This document shows, one piece after another, positions 1 through 10,117 of a stretch of 34,686 nucleotides of DNA (positions are counted from its first letter, which is position 1; each line of letters begins with the position of its first letter). Under the pieces are notes generated by a model. The model was given only the letters and a program-made list of their open reading frames with translations. It ran no database searches and had not been told where the DNA came from. The position numbers and the translations under genes were made by a program. The stretch comes from a virus (Duplodnaviria; Caudoviricetes), in the IMG/VR virus record IMGVR_UViG_3300036783_000127, positions 1 through 34,686 of that record; one strand, written 5' to 3'.

Positions 1-6
1 GATCTC

Positions 7-261
7 TTGCATGACCGAAACTATTCAAGTAAGTCAAACCGAGGCGTTAAACTTCCACCCCATGCATTCGTTGGTTCAGAGGGTCAGGCAGTTTTAGAGT
101 GGGAGTCTGAAAAAGATGGAGCAGAAACACTAAAAAAAAGACTCTACCAGATGTTGCATCGAATTATACGTTTAGAAGAATGTCCCACAGTAATTTTTCT
201 AATGATTTGCCCAGAAGATAAAACATTAACCTTTGTCTCAAGACTTAAAGTAAAAAAATGA
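7..261 (+). CDS. small hypothetical protein (start uncertain, at window edge)
   Basis: 84-aa ORF in the track; no family recognised. Confidence 0.4.
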   Translation: MHDRNYSSKSNRGVKLPPHAFVGSEGQAVLEWESEKDGAETLKKRLYQMLHRIIRLEECPTVIFLMICPEDKTLTFVSRLKVKK

Positions 262-382
262 ACATCGATGTTTTAACCTTCACCATCTGAAAAAACTTTG
301 ACCATGCAAACTGCGAAAAAATCATGAGACACATCAGTAAATACTGTATCATTTGCTAAGAATTGCTGTTACATTCGCTTTA

Positions 383-550
383 ATGATGAATCCTCCTCAG
401 CGGCAGGGCTAATTAACCTGATGATTTGTATATCAAGCGGCTCATCGTGAATTTCTGAAGCAGCGAGTCACGAGTGGTTAGTTCAATGACTCACCGGGAG
501 GCACCCGGCATCATATCCGTAAGCCCCTGTATAATTGCAGGGGCTTATTT
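383..550 (+). ncRNA. candidate structured small RNA, resembling the phage/mobile-element sRNA-Xcc1-type motif
   Basis: ATGATG (383-388) can pair with CATCAT (509-514); perfect hairpin CCGGG-AGGCA-CCCGG (494-508); GGGCTAATTA/TGGTTAGTTC stem; extended -10-like TGTTACATT just upstream; terminator hairpin follows. Family name recalled, not searched. Confidence 0.5.
520..550. terminator. intrinsic terminator hairpin between the candidate sRNA and the umuC 3' end
   Basis: TAAGCCCCTG-N8-CAGGGGCTTA followed by TTT. Confidence 0.65.
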
Positions 551-635
551 ACATTTCTTAAGCATAGTCGTAGACATATTACTGTTAATACTCATAGCCG
601 ATAATTAGTTTCGAATGAATGGACCTAATAAAGTA

Positions 636-1904
636 TCATCTAACCTTTATTAGGTCTGAATATCTCGTAGTATATCGTGGAGATAACATATCCCGTTTCA
701 TCTGCCACTGTTGCTGTATGCCCTGCCCGGCAAAATAAAGCGTTCCCTTTCCATCTTTCGCGTTCAGATAATCCAGAATTTCCATTAACCTTTCGCTACC
801 AACACGCGGCGCGTTTTCATCAAAAAGGTTCAGTTGGGCCACACCCTGGCTGAAAAAATCCCCAAGCATGATCCCTGCCTTCTGGTATCGGTGGCCATCC
901 TTCCAGATTTTGTCCAGGCACTTTACCGCAGAGTTGATAATGTCGCGGGAATCCTGAGTGGGGGTGAGAAGCTTGATGGACGCACTGTTCCCGCAATACG
1001 GCTCGTTAAGCGCAAAGGGAGAGGTTTTCACGAATGCAGAAATAAAGCGACAATACTGATGCTCGCCGCGAAGCTTTTCGGCGCCACGCGCCGCATAGCT
1101 GCAAATAGCCTGGCGCATCTGTTCGTATTCGGTAACGCGTTCACCGAAAGACCTGCTGCAGACAATTTCCTGCTTTGCTGGGGCAAACTCTTCCAGATCG
1201 AGACAAGGCTGGCCGCGCAACTCCCGGACTGTTCGCTCGAGTACCACGTTAAAGTGTTTACGGATAATCCATGTGCTTTGTTCTGAGAGGTCTAGAGCCG
1301 TTTTAATGCCCATGGCGTTAAGCTTCTTACTGATTCTGCGACCAACACCCCAAACATCCTCTACAGGCACGATAGCCAATAGCCGACGCTGGCGATCGAT
1401 ATTGGACAAATCAACAACTCCGCCCGTCTGCCTCTGCCATTTCTTGGCGGCGTGGTTGGCCAGCTTAGCGAGAGTTTTCGTCTGCGCGATGCCAACCCCG
1501 ACAGTCAGGTGCGTACGCTTCAGAACCGTAGCGCGGATCTCTTTGCCGAACTCCGTCAGGTCCCGGCAGTTGCGAACACCTGTCAGGTCGCAAAAAGCTT
1601 CGTCGATGCTGTAAATTTCAACGCGGGGGCTCATTTCCTCAAGCGTCGTCATTACCCGGTTCGACATATCAGCGTAAAGCTCATAATTGCTGCTGAAGCA
1701 AACAACGCCAGCGCGCCGGAAAAGCTCCTTTTGCTTAAAGAATGGCTCCCCCATGGTTATTCCGGCTGCTTTTGCTTCTGCGCTGCGTGCGATTACACAG
1801 CCATCATTATTTGAGAGAACGACAACCGGCCGCCCCCTCAAATCGGGCCGAAACACTGTCTCGCACGATGCGTAGAACGAATTCACATCACAGAGAGCAA
1901 ACAT
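636..1904 (-). CDS. umuC: DNA polymerase V catalytic subunit UmuC (Y family)
   Basis: [28 protein letters not shown] and C-terminal LSPRYTT motifs; 422 aa. Confidence 0.97.
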   Translation of the reverse strand: MFALCDVNSFYASCETVFRPDLRGRPVVVLSNNDGCVIARSAEAKAAGITMGEPFFKQKELFRRAGVVCFSSNYELYADMSNRVMTTLEEMSPRVEIYSIDEAFCDLTGVRNCRDLTEFGKEIRATVLKRTHLTVGVGIAQTKTLAKLANHAAKKWQRQTGGVVDLSNIDRQRRLLAIVPVEDVWGVGRRISKKLNAMGIKTALDLSEQSTWIIRKHFNVVLERTVRELRGQPCLDLEEFAPAKQEIVCSRSFGERVTEYEQMRQAICSYAARGAEKLRGEHQYCRFISAFVKTSPFALNEPYCGNSASIKLLTPTQDSRDIINSAVKCLDKIWKDGHRYQKAGIMLGDFFSQGVAQLNLFDENAPRVGSERLMEILDYLNAKDGKGTLYFAGQGIQQQWQMKRDMLSPRYTTRYSDLIKVR

Positions 1905-1906
1905 AT

Positions 1907-2326
1907 TCAGCTCGCAGATTTAACGATGAAAGTAACAACGCCGAAAACATCAAGCGTGTCTTCGCTGCCAACAACAACCGGACTGTAGGCGCTGTTCATA
2001 GGATTGAGCTGCACAGTCGGACGCAACTGCAGGCGTTTAACAGTGAACTCCCCTTCCACCGCGGCGATGACAATGTCACCGTGATCAGCAGTGCGCGAGC
2101 TGTCGACCACAAGCAGATCACCGTCGCTGATACCGGCTTCGATCATAGAGTCGCCGGCCGCCTTAACGAAATATGTCGAGCTGGGGTGGGAAACCAGTAA
2201 CTCATTGAGATCGATACGCTGTTCAACGTAATCAGCCGCTGGGCTTGGGAAACCACACTGTACTAAGTCACTGAAAAGCGGGAGAGCAATGATTTCTCGC
2301 AGTTCTGCAGGCCTGATAAATTCCAT
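1907..2326 (-). CDS. umuD: DNA polymerase V subunit UmuD (S24 autoprotease)
   Basis: 139 aa from ATG at 2326; VQC-GFPSPA cleavage site, GDSM serine and TVKR lysine. Confidence 0.96.
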   Translation of the reverse strand: MEFIRPAELREIIALPLFSDLVQCGFPSPAADYVEQRIDLNELLVSHPSSTYFVKAAGDSMIEAGISDGDLLVVDSSRTADHGDIVIAAVEGEFTVKRLQLRPTVQLNPMNSAYSPVVVGSEDTLDVFGVVTFIVKSAS

Positions 2327-2343
2327 ACGGCATACCTCAAATG

Positions 2344-2359
2344 CTGTTTTTATATACAG
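2344..2359 (-). promoter_or_regulatory. LexA (SOS) box overlapping the umuDC -10
   Basis: CTGTATATAAAAACAG on minus strand (CTG-N10-CAG); promoter TTGCGT-17-TACTGT. Confidence 0.92.
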
Positions 2360-2498
2360 TAGTTTCATTTGGGTATGCACGCAAGACAGGGGGTATGTCA
2401 TGGCTGTTTAGAGCTTCGCCGTTTCGTTTCTAAGTTTCTATGTCGCTTCGAATTATGAGTTTTGTAAATTTAATGGCCGCAACTCTATGTGAGCAAAA

Positions 2499-3056
2499 TT
2501 AAGCCGACTTTGAAGCGGGAAATTTTTTATAAAGCGTGCATACGGCAACGTCATAAATTATCGCTACCTGCTTCCTGTCCATGCCGTTCGCAATCAGTCG
2601 GCCCGCCTGGTCCCATTGTTCTTGCGTAAGCTTCGGACGCCTACCCCCGATTCGCCCCTTTGCCCTTGCCACGGCTAAACCTGCTCTCGTTCTTTCAATG
2701 ATATTTTCTCTCTCCATCTCAGCCGCAGCACTCAGCATTGTGTATGCGAATCGCCCGATTGAAGTGCTGATTCTTATTCCTTCTGTGATTGAGACAAATT
2801 CAATATTATTAGCCCGGAAATAGCGCAGTAAATCGACGAGGTGTATGAGTGAGCGTCCAAGCCGATCCAGTTTCCAGACGATGACAGTGTCCCCTGGCCG
2901 CAATAGTTTCATCATCTTATCTAGGCCCGGCCGTTTCGACTTTGCACCGGATATTTTATCGTCAAATATTTGGTCACATTCTAACCGATTAAGCGCTTCT
3001 AACTGTAATTCAAGATTTTGGTCAAAAGTTGATACCCTTGCATACCCATATTGCAT
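2499..3056 (-). CDS. pin: serine DNA invertase, Pin/Gin/Hin family
   Basis: YGYARVST catalytic Ser, VWKLDRLGRS, GRIGGRRPKL, C-terminal HTH; adjacent to inverted crossover sites. Confidence 0.93.
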   Translation of the reverse strand: MQYGYARVSTFDQNLELQLEALNRLECDQIFDDKISGAKSKRPGLDKMMKLLRPGDTVIVWKLDRLGRSLIHLVDLLRYFRANNIEFVSITEGIRISTSIGRFAYTMLSAAAEMERENIIERTRAGLAVARAKGRIGGRRPKLTQEQWDQAGRLIANGMDRKQVAIIYDVAVCTLYKKFPASKSA

Positions 3057-3121
3057 GTTTTTTAGTCACCTTTTTGTACGAAAAAATCAGGTGACGTTAT
3101 CGGCCAGGCCGCCCAAGAGCA

Positions 3122-3147
3122 ATCTATAAAACGTCGGTTTGGGAGAC
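3122..3147 (-). repeat. invertase crossover site, left (pix/gix-like)
   Basis: minus strand GTCTCCCAAACC-GA-CGTTTTATAGAT, 12-2-12 layout. Confidence 0.88.
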
Positions 3148-3963
3148 ACCAACACAGCCAACTTCGCAAGCCTCGAAATTGGTGCCAAAAAACCCTCTAC
3201 TTCGAGCTTCGTTGATTTCCATTTTCTTGGCACTAACGACTATGACGCGCGCATTCTCTGCGGTGGTAATTCTAATGGTGCTATGGGGAAAGGAGACTTC
3301 ACATTTTACGCCGGAAAATATGTTTTCATTGGCGATAGCTTCGAATTTCGTAACCCTATTACCTGTCAGAACAGCATTAGTGCTTCTGCAAAGATTTCGA
3401 CCAATTCTGATATGGAGTGCAAAACTAAAATTGCTGTTTTAGCTTCAGCTGACAATCAAAATGCCCACCTATGGTTCTATGGTACCGGAGGGGCATCCAG
3501 GGGGGTTATTTACTCCAGTCAAACAGGAATTATCCAGATCCGTCCTGACAACAATGATAATGGCGGCTCTAACGGTTACTCGTTTGCATTTGGGGCTGAT
3601 GGTAAGTTCACCTGCGTCACGATGAATCAGACCTCAGATGAGCGTGTGAAATTCGACAAAGAACCCGTCAGTAACGCTCTGGAGAAGATTTGCTCCCTGA
3701 CGGGTTATACGTTCGGCATCCAACTGACTGAATCGGAATCGCTGCAGAGCGCAGGCATCATCGCTCAGGATTTGCAAAAGGTGTTGCCCGTCGCTGTAAG
3801 TTCTGGCGGGACCGGCACTACACCGACCGGAGAAGAGATTAACGATCTCAAAACCGTGGACTACAGCGCAATGAGCGCACTGTATGTGGAAGCGATTAAG
3901 GAGCTGGCCGAACGGGTGAGTAGGCTTGAAGAAGACCTTAAAGTATTTCGTGGGCAGGAATAG
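3136..3963 (+). CDS. silent alternative tail-fibre C-terminus with peptidase S74 intramolecular chaperone
   Basis: Frame starts inside the left crossover site (GLGDTNT...); TSDERVK, GIIAQDLQKVLP, VDYSAMSALYVEAIKEL and terminal coiled coil match the S74 pattern. Confidence 0.85.
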   Translation, partial: GLGDTNTANFASLEIGAKKPSTSSFVDFHFLGTNDYDARILCGGNSNGAMGKGDFTFYAGKYVFIGDSFEFRNPITCQNSISASAKISTNSDMECKTKIAVLASADNQNAHLWFYGTGGASRGVIYSSQTGIIQIRPDNNDNGGSNGYSFAFGADGKFTCVTMNQTSDERVKFDKEPVSNALEKICSLTGYTFGIQLTESESLQSAGIIAQDLQKVLPVAVSSGGTGTTPTGEEINDLKTVDYSAMSALYVEAIKELAERVSRLEEDLKVFRGQE

Positions 3964-4967
3964 GCTTAATCCCCATCAGTTGGAAGTGGCAACGATTCCT
4001 GTTGCTGCTGTTTAAGGTTGTAAGGAGAGTTAACAGGCATCTCAACGCGCACAGACACAAACTGATCGTGGGGAATATCGACCGGATCGCCATTACTCAA
4101 GCCGTCCCGTTCGTTCCTGGCGAACGCCGGCGCTTCCGGGTGTGTGCGGTGATAGGTTTTCACTAACACCGAACCGTCAGCATGAACCTCATAATCCAGC
4201 CAGATGAGCGGCTGTTTATTTCGGTCGGTTGGTATCTCGAATCCCCCATCAATACCGCCCCAGATAGCGTCAGAATTTAGACCACAGCACCCCTCAATCA
4301 GGTATTGCCCTGGCGCAATATGTAGAACAGTACATCCTTCTGATTCGTCGTTAACCTCACTACAGCCGTCAGAAAATACTTTCACAATGGGAGATGCTCG
4401 CTTAATGAAACCGTTGGCATCGACCGTAGTGTTTTTTGTTCCCCAAAGATTGTTGTATTGAGCTGTGCCTGCAGAAATGCTGGAATCATTACCTGCGGAG
4501 ATCATCGCATTACCGGTTCTGTAATCTACCCACAACGTTGAAGCTGTATCGCCCGCGCGGAAGTAAAGAGAGGCACCATATTGGAAGGTCTGCCCGCCAA
4601 TAACGAGGTCTGAATTTAAAGTGCGAAACGCAGCTGTACCGCCATTTAATCTTCGCTCGTTCATACATTGTGCAACGTTTCCGATCTGAGAATCAAAACC
4701 AGTCCCAAGTGCTGCGCCTGAGGCGATGATAGCCCCGTCATTAGCGCGAAGAGAGAGGTAGCGATTTAAAGTGTTATCGGCTCCGTTGATGTGTAGCGTT
4801 AGGTAGTCGATACCATCTGCGCGCCTTTCAGCATAGAAGCGGGCATAGTTCTTGATTGACCCGCTGTTGTCCTTCGATGTTGTCGTTAAAATTCCTGAAG
4901 CTGAAGAATCGTTATCTCGCGTAAGATTCAAATTACTGAAAGCAACATTATCGCTGTTTCCCAAACC
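3136..4967. mobile_element. invertible tail-fibre segment (about 1.8 kb)
   Basis: Two 26-bp sites in inverted orientation with the same GA core, enclosing two tail-to-tail fibre C-termini, next to an invertase. Confidence 0.88.
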
Positions 4968-5444
4968 GAGGTTTGTGCGAGCGTCTTCTGCCTTAGTTGC
5001 TCCCGTTCCGCCGTCAGCAACAGCCAGCGCACCGTTACTCCCTTTCTGTGCCAGTTTACCGATGCCGGGGATCGTTACAGGGCTGCCGTTGATGGTAACG
5101 GTGATGCTCTGATTCGCCGAGGTGGTGGCGAACGTCTCCCACGCGCCAATGTTCTCGTCGTACTCTTTGATGAGCTGTGACATGGCCTGCGCAAGGCCGT
5201 CGACCGAGATATTGTCTGACACAAGGATTCCATACTTCTGGTCGCTCAGCGCCGGGGAAGCAGCTGGCGTAACTGTCATTGACGTGGAGCTGTTCACGGT
5301 TGAAATCTGGAACAGCTGTACCGGGTGAGACATCACGATAATCGTCTGGCCAGCGCGGACCTGGCTGGCTGGTGCCGTCCAGTTCGTGCCGGTGCCAGTT
5401 GCAGTATTTCCGTTAATGGCTATGGTTCCAGTGTTATAAAGCAT
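3966..5444 (-). CDS. side tail fibre / receptor-binding protein (orientation as sequenced)
   Basis: Starts MLYNTGTI after GGAGA RBS; GGTGAT..ARTNLGLG hinge; C-terminal NTTVDANGFIKRASP domain; lies after tip protein J. Confidence 0.88.
   Translation of the reverse strand: MLYNTGTIAINGNTATGTGTNWTAPASQVRAGQTIIVMSHPVQLFQISTVNSSTSMTVTPAASPALSDQKYGILVSDNISVDGLAQAMSQLIKEYDENIGAWETFATTSANQSITVTINGSPVTIPGIGKLAQKGSNGALAVADGGTGATKAEDARTNLGLGNSDNVAFSNLNLTRDNDSSASGILTTTSKDNSGSIKNYARFYAERRADGIDYLTLHINGADNTLNRYLSLRANDGAIIASGAALGTGFDSQIGNVAQCMNERRLNGGTAAFRTLNSDLVIGGQTFQYGASLYFRAGDTASTLWVDYRTGNAMISAGNDSSISAGTAQYNNLWGTKNTTVDANGFIKRASPIVKVFSDGCSEVNDESEGCTVLHIAPGQYLIEGCCGLNSDAIWGGIDGGFEIPTDRNKQPLIWLDYEVHADGSVLVKTYHRTHPEAPAFARNERDGLSNGDPVDIPHDQFVSVRVEMPVNSPYNLKQQQQESLPLPTDGD
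4956..4981 (+). repeat. invertase crossover site, right, inside the fibre gene
   Basis: GTTTCCCAAACC-GA-GGTTTGTGCGAG; encodes RTNLGLG on the minus strand. Confidence 0.88.
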
Positions 5445-5460
5445 ATTTTCTCCAGACAAT

Positions 5461-5485
5461 AAAAAACCCGCCAAATAGCGGGTTT
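5461..5485 (-). terminator. intrinsic terminator after J
   Basis: AAACCCGC/GCGGGTTT stem with T-run on minus strand. Confidence 0.75.
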
Positions 5486-5510
5486 GAGAACAATAAATTC
5501 ATTATCGTAA

Positions 5511-8500
5511 TTACAACTGTGTAAACGAACCGGTGCCTCGCATAATTAACATCGCAGGCGATTTAATTGATACGCCACCACCTTCAGCCCTGGCAACAAT
5601 AGAGCAATCGACTACTCTGGCTGATGTTCTTACAGAAAATATAATGGCTGAGCAATCTGTAGTGCTGTATGCAGAAACCCCTTGATTACTTAACTGAACG
5701 ACAAACTGTTTAGATGCACCTGCGATAGTGACCGTTACTCTCGCAGTGCCTGCTGTTGCTGGGCGGTATGAATCAATCATACACATAACGAGTACTTGTT
5801 TGTCCAGGGAGCCTGTAGTGCTGTCAGTATATCTGAACGACCTTTTTGTATCGGTGTTTCCCGCAGTCATTTCTGTATCTGCAAATACATAACCGTTAGC
5901 TACGTCGCCAATGAAACTTGTTGCCTCAACCGTGCCTTTGAATTTTCCACTCGTTGCATTTATCTCTCCGGTAAAACTCCCATTGGTTGCATACACAGTT
6001 CCACGGATGGTCACATTATTGAATGTTGCATAACCGGATTTGTTGATATGCCAGCCAACGTTCCCTGTCCCGTCCCAGGTTGTCGACTGGATGTAGCTGC
6101 CGATTTTTAGGTTGCTGATTGTCCCATCACCAATGACCGTGTCCCGGATTATCGTTTGCCCGTTCTGAATAACGAACGGAAGCGTAACGGTCGCTCCGGC
6201 CTGGTGAGTCACCGCGAAACGGTCAGCCAGGAAGATAACCTGCGACTGCATGCCGGATGGCGTATTCTCCACGCCGATTCCCATTCCCGCCGCGTAATAC
6301 TGGCCGTTGCTGGATAACCCGACCTTAATGCTGTACATCGCCTTCAGGTCACCGTTGACGTTCGCAATGGCCTCAGCGTTGGTGGTGATTGCAGATGTGT
6401 GGCCATTAACGGTCGCCGTGATGCTGTTAACCTGCGTGGCCATAGCCTGCTGGTAGTCTGAGAACGTCTGATTCAGGCTGTTGATGGATGCTTTGTTGCC
6501 GTTAACGTCCGTCTGCAGGCTCAGCAGAGAGCGCGCCGTTGCCTCCTTATCGTTGACGATCACCTCATCAATGCGGTCCAGCTGTGCACTATTACCGGCG
6601 ACTGAAGCCGACAACGATTTACGCGTGGCCACCTGAGCAAGGTTGCCCTGAATAATCGCGATAGCCGAGTTCTTCACCCCACCCGTCATGCCGTCCATGG
6701 ATACGCTGATGCTGTCGATTCGCTGGCTTAGGGCGGCATCTTCTGTTGCCACCGTTTCCTCAAGCTGGCTGAGTGAAGACGAAACATCCCCGACCGTGCT
6801 CGAAAGCTCATTAACGCTGGTCTGAACCTTCCCTACGTTCTCGGCATTTTTGGCGATATCCTTGGCCTGCTGCTCCAGTTCGTCGTTGGCCTGTTTGATG
6901 TCGTCAACCATACCAGCAATTTTTTCATTGCTGTCGACGGCATTCTCAACCACATACTTCAGTAGACCTGTTTCCTCCATCTCCTTGAGAATGGAATCGG
7001 TGATATCAGTTACGTCCGTGCTCGACTGGCCAAATACCCACTCGGTCCAGTCGCTCTGATTGCCGAGGCGATCAACGAGCCTTGCCCGGTACCAGAACGA
7101 TTTTCCGGCGAGCAGCCCCATTTGCTGGTAGGACGATGAGGGATAAGGCACGTCTGCCAGCAGTAACGGAGAATCACCGTTCGCCGTGGCGCTGTAGTGT
7201 ATTTCTGTCTTCTGCGTGTCCTGCGCCCCGGATGGAAATCCCCAGGAAATGCCGATTCCAAACACCAAAGGCTGTGTAGTGAGATTCACGGGCATCGGCG
7301 GTTTTCCGACCTTCCCCGTAAGCTCTGTCTCTGCTGACGTTGCCCAGAGGGATGCGATATCGAGCGCGTTAACCGCGCGGATTCGGACCAAGTAGCGCCC
7401 GGCATAAATCCCGTCGACCTCAAATCGCGTGTTGCCGGTGCGCGGAACGTTAATCCAGTCACCGTTGTTCTGACGCCACTGCGCCTCATAAGCAACGGCA
7501 TTTTTCACGGTATCCCACGTAACAACCATCGTGGTGATGCCTATCCCCTGTTCAACACGGTACAAGCTGGAGAGCGTGATATTTTCCGGCATCCCCTGTC
7601 CGCGCGGCGGCACAACGCTGACGGGCCTGTCTTCAATCACCGCGCCGTCATCAACGCGCGGAAACTTGTTCGGATTGTAAGGCAGGCCGTTAATGGTGAC
7701 CGTGTTATCGGAATTAACCATAAGCCGCTTAACGCGGAACAGCTGAATGGCTAAATCAGGCTGGTCAAGCACCCACGCTGATTCGGCATTTGGGGTTACA
7801 CTGTACGCTGTCTCAACGGTCACAGCGCGTCCGGAGACGCTTTTCACCTTCCTGCCTTCGGATTTGCCGGTGGGCAGGTTAACGATAAGCGTGTCCCCCG
7901 CTTTCGCAGTTGTAATACGGTCAAGCGTGACCTTCGTTCCGGAGGCTGCAGCTACGCGACCGCCGTTCTCGCGACCGGCCAGCGGGGCGTTACTGATGCC
8001 GACCACCTTGCCTATACGCGGGATGCGCCCTTCCATCCCTGTTTTAAACTCCACGCCATTGTCATCGCGGTTGGTTTCAATGGCGTAAAGCCCGTGCCGC
8101 TGTGCTTCTGATTCCCGCGTGCACCCGATACGGGACAGCTCTATGGTGTTAAAGCCGAACCGGTTAGAGACTTCCGGCACCCAGGCGCTGGCCTGATCGT
8201 CCTGATAGCCGTTGGCCGGGTTGCTGTAGGTGACGATTGCTGACGAGTAGTTCGTCTTTTCCGATGTGCTGGAGAAGTTAAACGCGCCCACGATATTCGA
8301 CTTGTTGAACACAAAATCGGGGTCCAGCTCGCGGGGCATATCGGCGTCAACGGACAAAAGATTGTTGGACCAACTGATCATCCCCCTGAAGATGTTCGCC
8401 AAATCCATCAGCACGGTCCATGCATCGGTACGCTGGGAAATGTACAAATCGCAGAGGTACCGCGCCTCTTTCCCGCCTGCACCGTCTGAAACCTGCGCAT

Positions 8501-9449
8501 CGCAGTACTGTGCAATCTGGTACAGGGTCCATTTATCGACTAAATCTGCGGTGATCCGTTTTCCCAGACCGTATCGTTTGTTCAGCACCAGATCGTAAAA
8601 AATCCAGGCGGGGTTGTTTGTCCATGCCCACTTAAAGGTTCCGTCCCAGGTGCCGCTGTAGGTGCGGGTAACAGGATTGTAGTTCGCCGGTACGCGAACG
8701 ATTATCCCCTTCATTTCCACGGTGACGTTTGGCGTTCTGCCGTCAAACAGCTTCGAATCAAACTGGATGAACAGCAGCGACGTGTGCGGATAGCGCAGCT
8801 TGGCATCGACAATATCGGTCATTGATTCAATACGCGAAGTATCCGCATGTCGACCGTCGCTGGTATTTTCCGTCAGGCGTCGGACGCGGATTTGCCAGCC
8901 GGATGTCGCTGCCGGCAGGTCAATTCGATAGCTCCGCTCATATCCGGCTGCGGCAATGCCGTCCACCTCATCCGTGCCACATTCAACGTAGGAACCGCCA
9001 TCGGTTGAAATGTCGATAGCGAACTCGATCCGGTAGCCATCCTTCCCGCCGCTGTCGCGAAGTTTATAAACGCCGTTCGGAAATTTAAACCGCAGGCGCA
9101 CTGCAGAAAGCTGGGTGTTGTTAATGGATTTAACCCACGGCGTCCCGTATTTCAGCTCCGTACCAACGCTGATTTCATTCTCTACTGCCGGGAAGCCAGC
9201 AATATAATCCTGATCCACGGTGCCGCTGCGCCACTCCCACGTCACGCCAGGAAAGTTTTCATTGCCAGCATCATCAAGCAGTGGTGTGCCATCGAGATAA
9301 ATATCTTTACCGGTAAAGTCTCCTGCAGCTTCCCCCTCGGTCAGCGCCAGCAGAATTTTCATGTACGCTACGGAGGCGATCTCGGTACCGCGATTGCCGC
9401 CTTTATCACCGCCGCCACCGCCCCCTTTCGAACCCCTGAATACTGCCAT
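5511..9449 (-). CDS. tail tip / host specificity protein J
   Basis: About 1312 aa; GSKGGGG start, WTNNPAWIFYD, FN3 repeats, coiled coil, SQVIFLADRFAV..PFVIQNGQ domain. Confidence 0.95.
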   Translation of the reverse strand: MAVFRGSKGGGGGGDKGGNRGTEIASVAYMKILLALTEGEAAGDFTGKDIYLDGTPLLDDAGNENFPGVTWEWRSGTVDQDYIAGFPAVENEISVGTELKYGTPWVKSINNTQLSAVRLRFKFPNGVYKLRDSGGKDGYRIEFAIDISTDGGSYVECGTDEVDGIAAAGYERSYRIDLPAATSGWQIRVRRLTENTSDGRHADTSRIESMTDIVDAKLRYPHTSLLFIQFDSKLFDGRTPNVTVEMKGIIVRVPANYNPVTRTYSGTWDGTFKWAWTNNPAWIFYDLVLNKRYGLGKRITADLVDKWTLYQIAQYCDAQVSDGAGGKEARYLCDLYISQRTDAWTVLMDLANIFRGMISWSNNLLSVDADMPRELDPDFVFNKSNIVGAFNFSSTSEKTNYSSAIVTYSNPANGYQDDQASAWVPEVSNRFGFNTIELSRIGCTRESEAQRHGLYAIETNRDDNGVEFKTGMEGRIPRIGKVVGISNAPLAGRENGGRVAAASGTKVTLDRITTAKAGDTLIVNLPTGKSEGRKVKSVSGRAVTVETAYSVTPNAESAWVLDQPDLAIQLFRVKRLMVNSDNTVTINGLPYNPNKFPRVDDGAVIEDRPVSVVPPRGQGMPENITLSSLYRVEQGIGITTMVVTWDTVKNAVAYEAQWRQNNGDWINVPRTGNTRFEVDGIYAGRYLVRIRAVNALDIASLWATSAETELTGKVGKPPMPVNLTTQPLVFGIGISWGFPSGAQDTQKTEIHYSATANGDSPLLLADVPYPSSSYQQMGLLAGKSFWYRARLVDRLGNQSDWTEWVFGQSSTDVTDITDSILKEMEETGLLKYVVENAVDSNEKIAGMVDDIKQANDELEQQAKDIAKNAENVGKVQTSVNELSSTVGDVSSSLSQLEETVATEDAALSQRIDSISVSMDGMTGGVKNSAIAIIQGNLAQVATRKSLSASVAGNSAQLDRIDEVIVNDKEATARSLLSLQTDVNGNKASINSLNQTFSDYQQAMATQVNSITATVNGHTSAITTNAEAIANVNGDLKAMYSIKVGLSSNGQYYAAGMGIGVENTPSGMQSQVIFLADRFAVTHQAGATVTLPFVIQNGQTIIRDTVIGDGTISNLKIGSYIQSTTWDGTGNVGWHINKSGYATFNNVTIRGTVYATNGSFTGEINATSGKFKGTVEATSFIGDVANGYVFADTEMTAGNTDTKRSFRYTDSTTGSLDKQVLVMCMIDSYRPATAGTARVTVTIAGASKQFVVQLSNQGVSAYSTTDCSAIIFSVRTSARVVDCSIVARAEGGGVSIKSPAMLIMRGTGSFTQL

Positions 9450-9464
9450 ATGCAAACTCCGGGC

Positions 9465-9488
9465 AAAAAAAATCCCGCCTGAGCGGGA
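9465..9488 (-). terminator. intrinsic terminator between I and J
   Basis: TCCCGC-N4-GCGGGA with T8 on minus strand. Confidence 0.7.
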
Positions 9489-9514
9489 AAATTAAACATG
9501 TCGCGAGATAAGCG

Positions 9515-10117
9515 TTATTGCTGTTCTTCTGCATAGATGCCGCCGCTGATAAGAACACCGGCGACAAGACGCTTACCGAAGAGAAGATTGACGCCGTTTC
9601 CCGCTGCAGACTGGTTGATTGGGGAGCCAAACGAATAGCTTTTCCGGGTATCGCCGGAGTCCATCGTCATGCCCTGAGTGCCGCTGGGCGTGAGCATCTG
9701 GACAACGCCCCCAAGCATCATCGCCGCCCCCATTTTGTAGAGGAACGGCGAGGCCACTGCTGCTGGCGTAAAGCTCAGCGCAAAGCCAACCGCTACCAGC
9801 ACAGCGCCGAAGATGGTCTGGAACACCCCCGCCTTTTTACTGCCGATAATGACCGGTGCAATCCTGATAACGTCATGCACACCGCTCAGGCGCAGCTCTT
9901 CTGCAGTCACGTTGCGGGAGCCGTTAAACACGCTGTAGGTCACGCCGCGTCCTTCACTCGTATCGAGCCAGCGCTCAAAGCCGGGGAGCATGATACAAAG
10001 CGCCCTGATAGCCTCCCGCACCGAAGAAACTGAAAGGCGGTGCTCACGTCCAAATAAAGTGCCGAGCTTGCCATAGAGCCGCACAAGCACGATTTTCTCA
10101 ACTGTGTTCATCGCCAT
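9515..10117 (-). CDS. tail assembly protein I
   Basis: VRLYGKLG..FGR ubiquitin-like N-terminus, IAPVIIGSK, hydrophobic segment; L-K-I-J order. Confidence 0.92.
   Translation of the reverse strand: MAMNTVEKIVLVRLYGKLGTLFGREHRLSVSSVREAIRALCIMLPGFERWLDTSEGRGVTYSVFNGSRNVTAEELRLSGVHDVIRIAPVIIGSKKAGVFQTIFGAVLVAVGFALSFTPAAVASPFLYKMGAAMMLGGVVQMLTPSGTQGMTMDSGDTRKSYSFGSPINQSAAGNGVNLLFGKRLVAGVLISGGIYAEEQQ

Noticed and set aside
344-360. CTGTATCATTTGCTAAG as a fourth LexA box
   Set aside because: Lacks the CAG half-site at the required spacing
418-455. CTGATGA, possible hammerhead ribozyme core
   Set aside because: No stem II closed by GAAA and no matching stem III with cleavage triplet
3148-4955. Extra crossover sites that would make a multi-cassette shufflon
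   Set aside because: No further AAACC-NN-GGTTT-like site seen inside the segment
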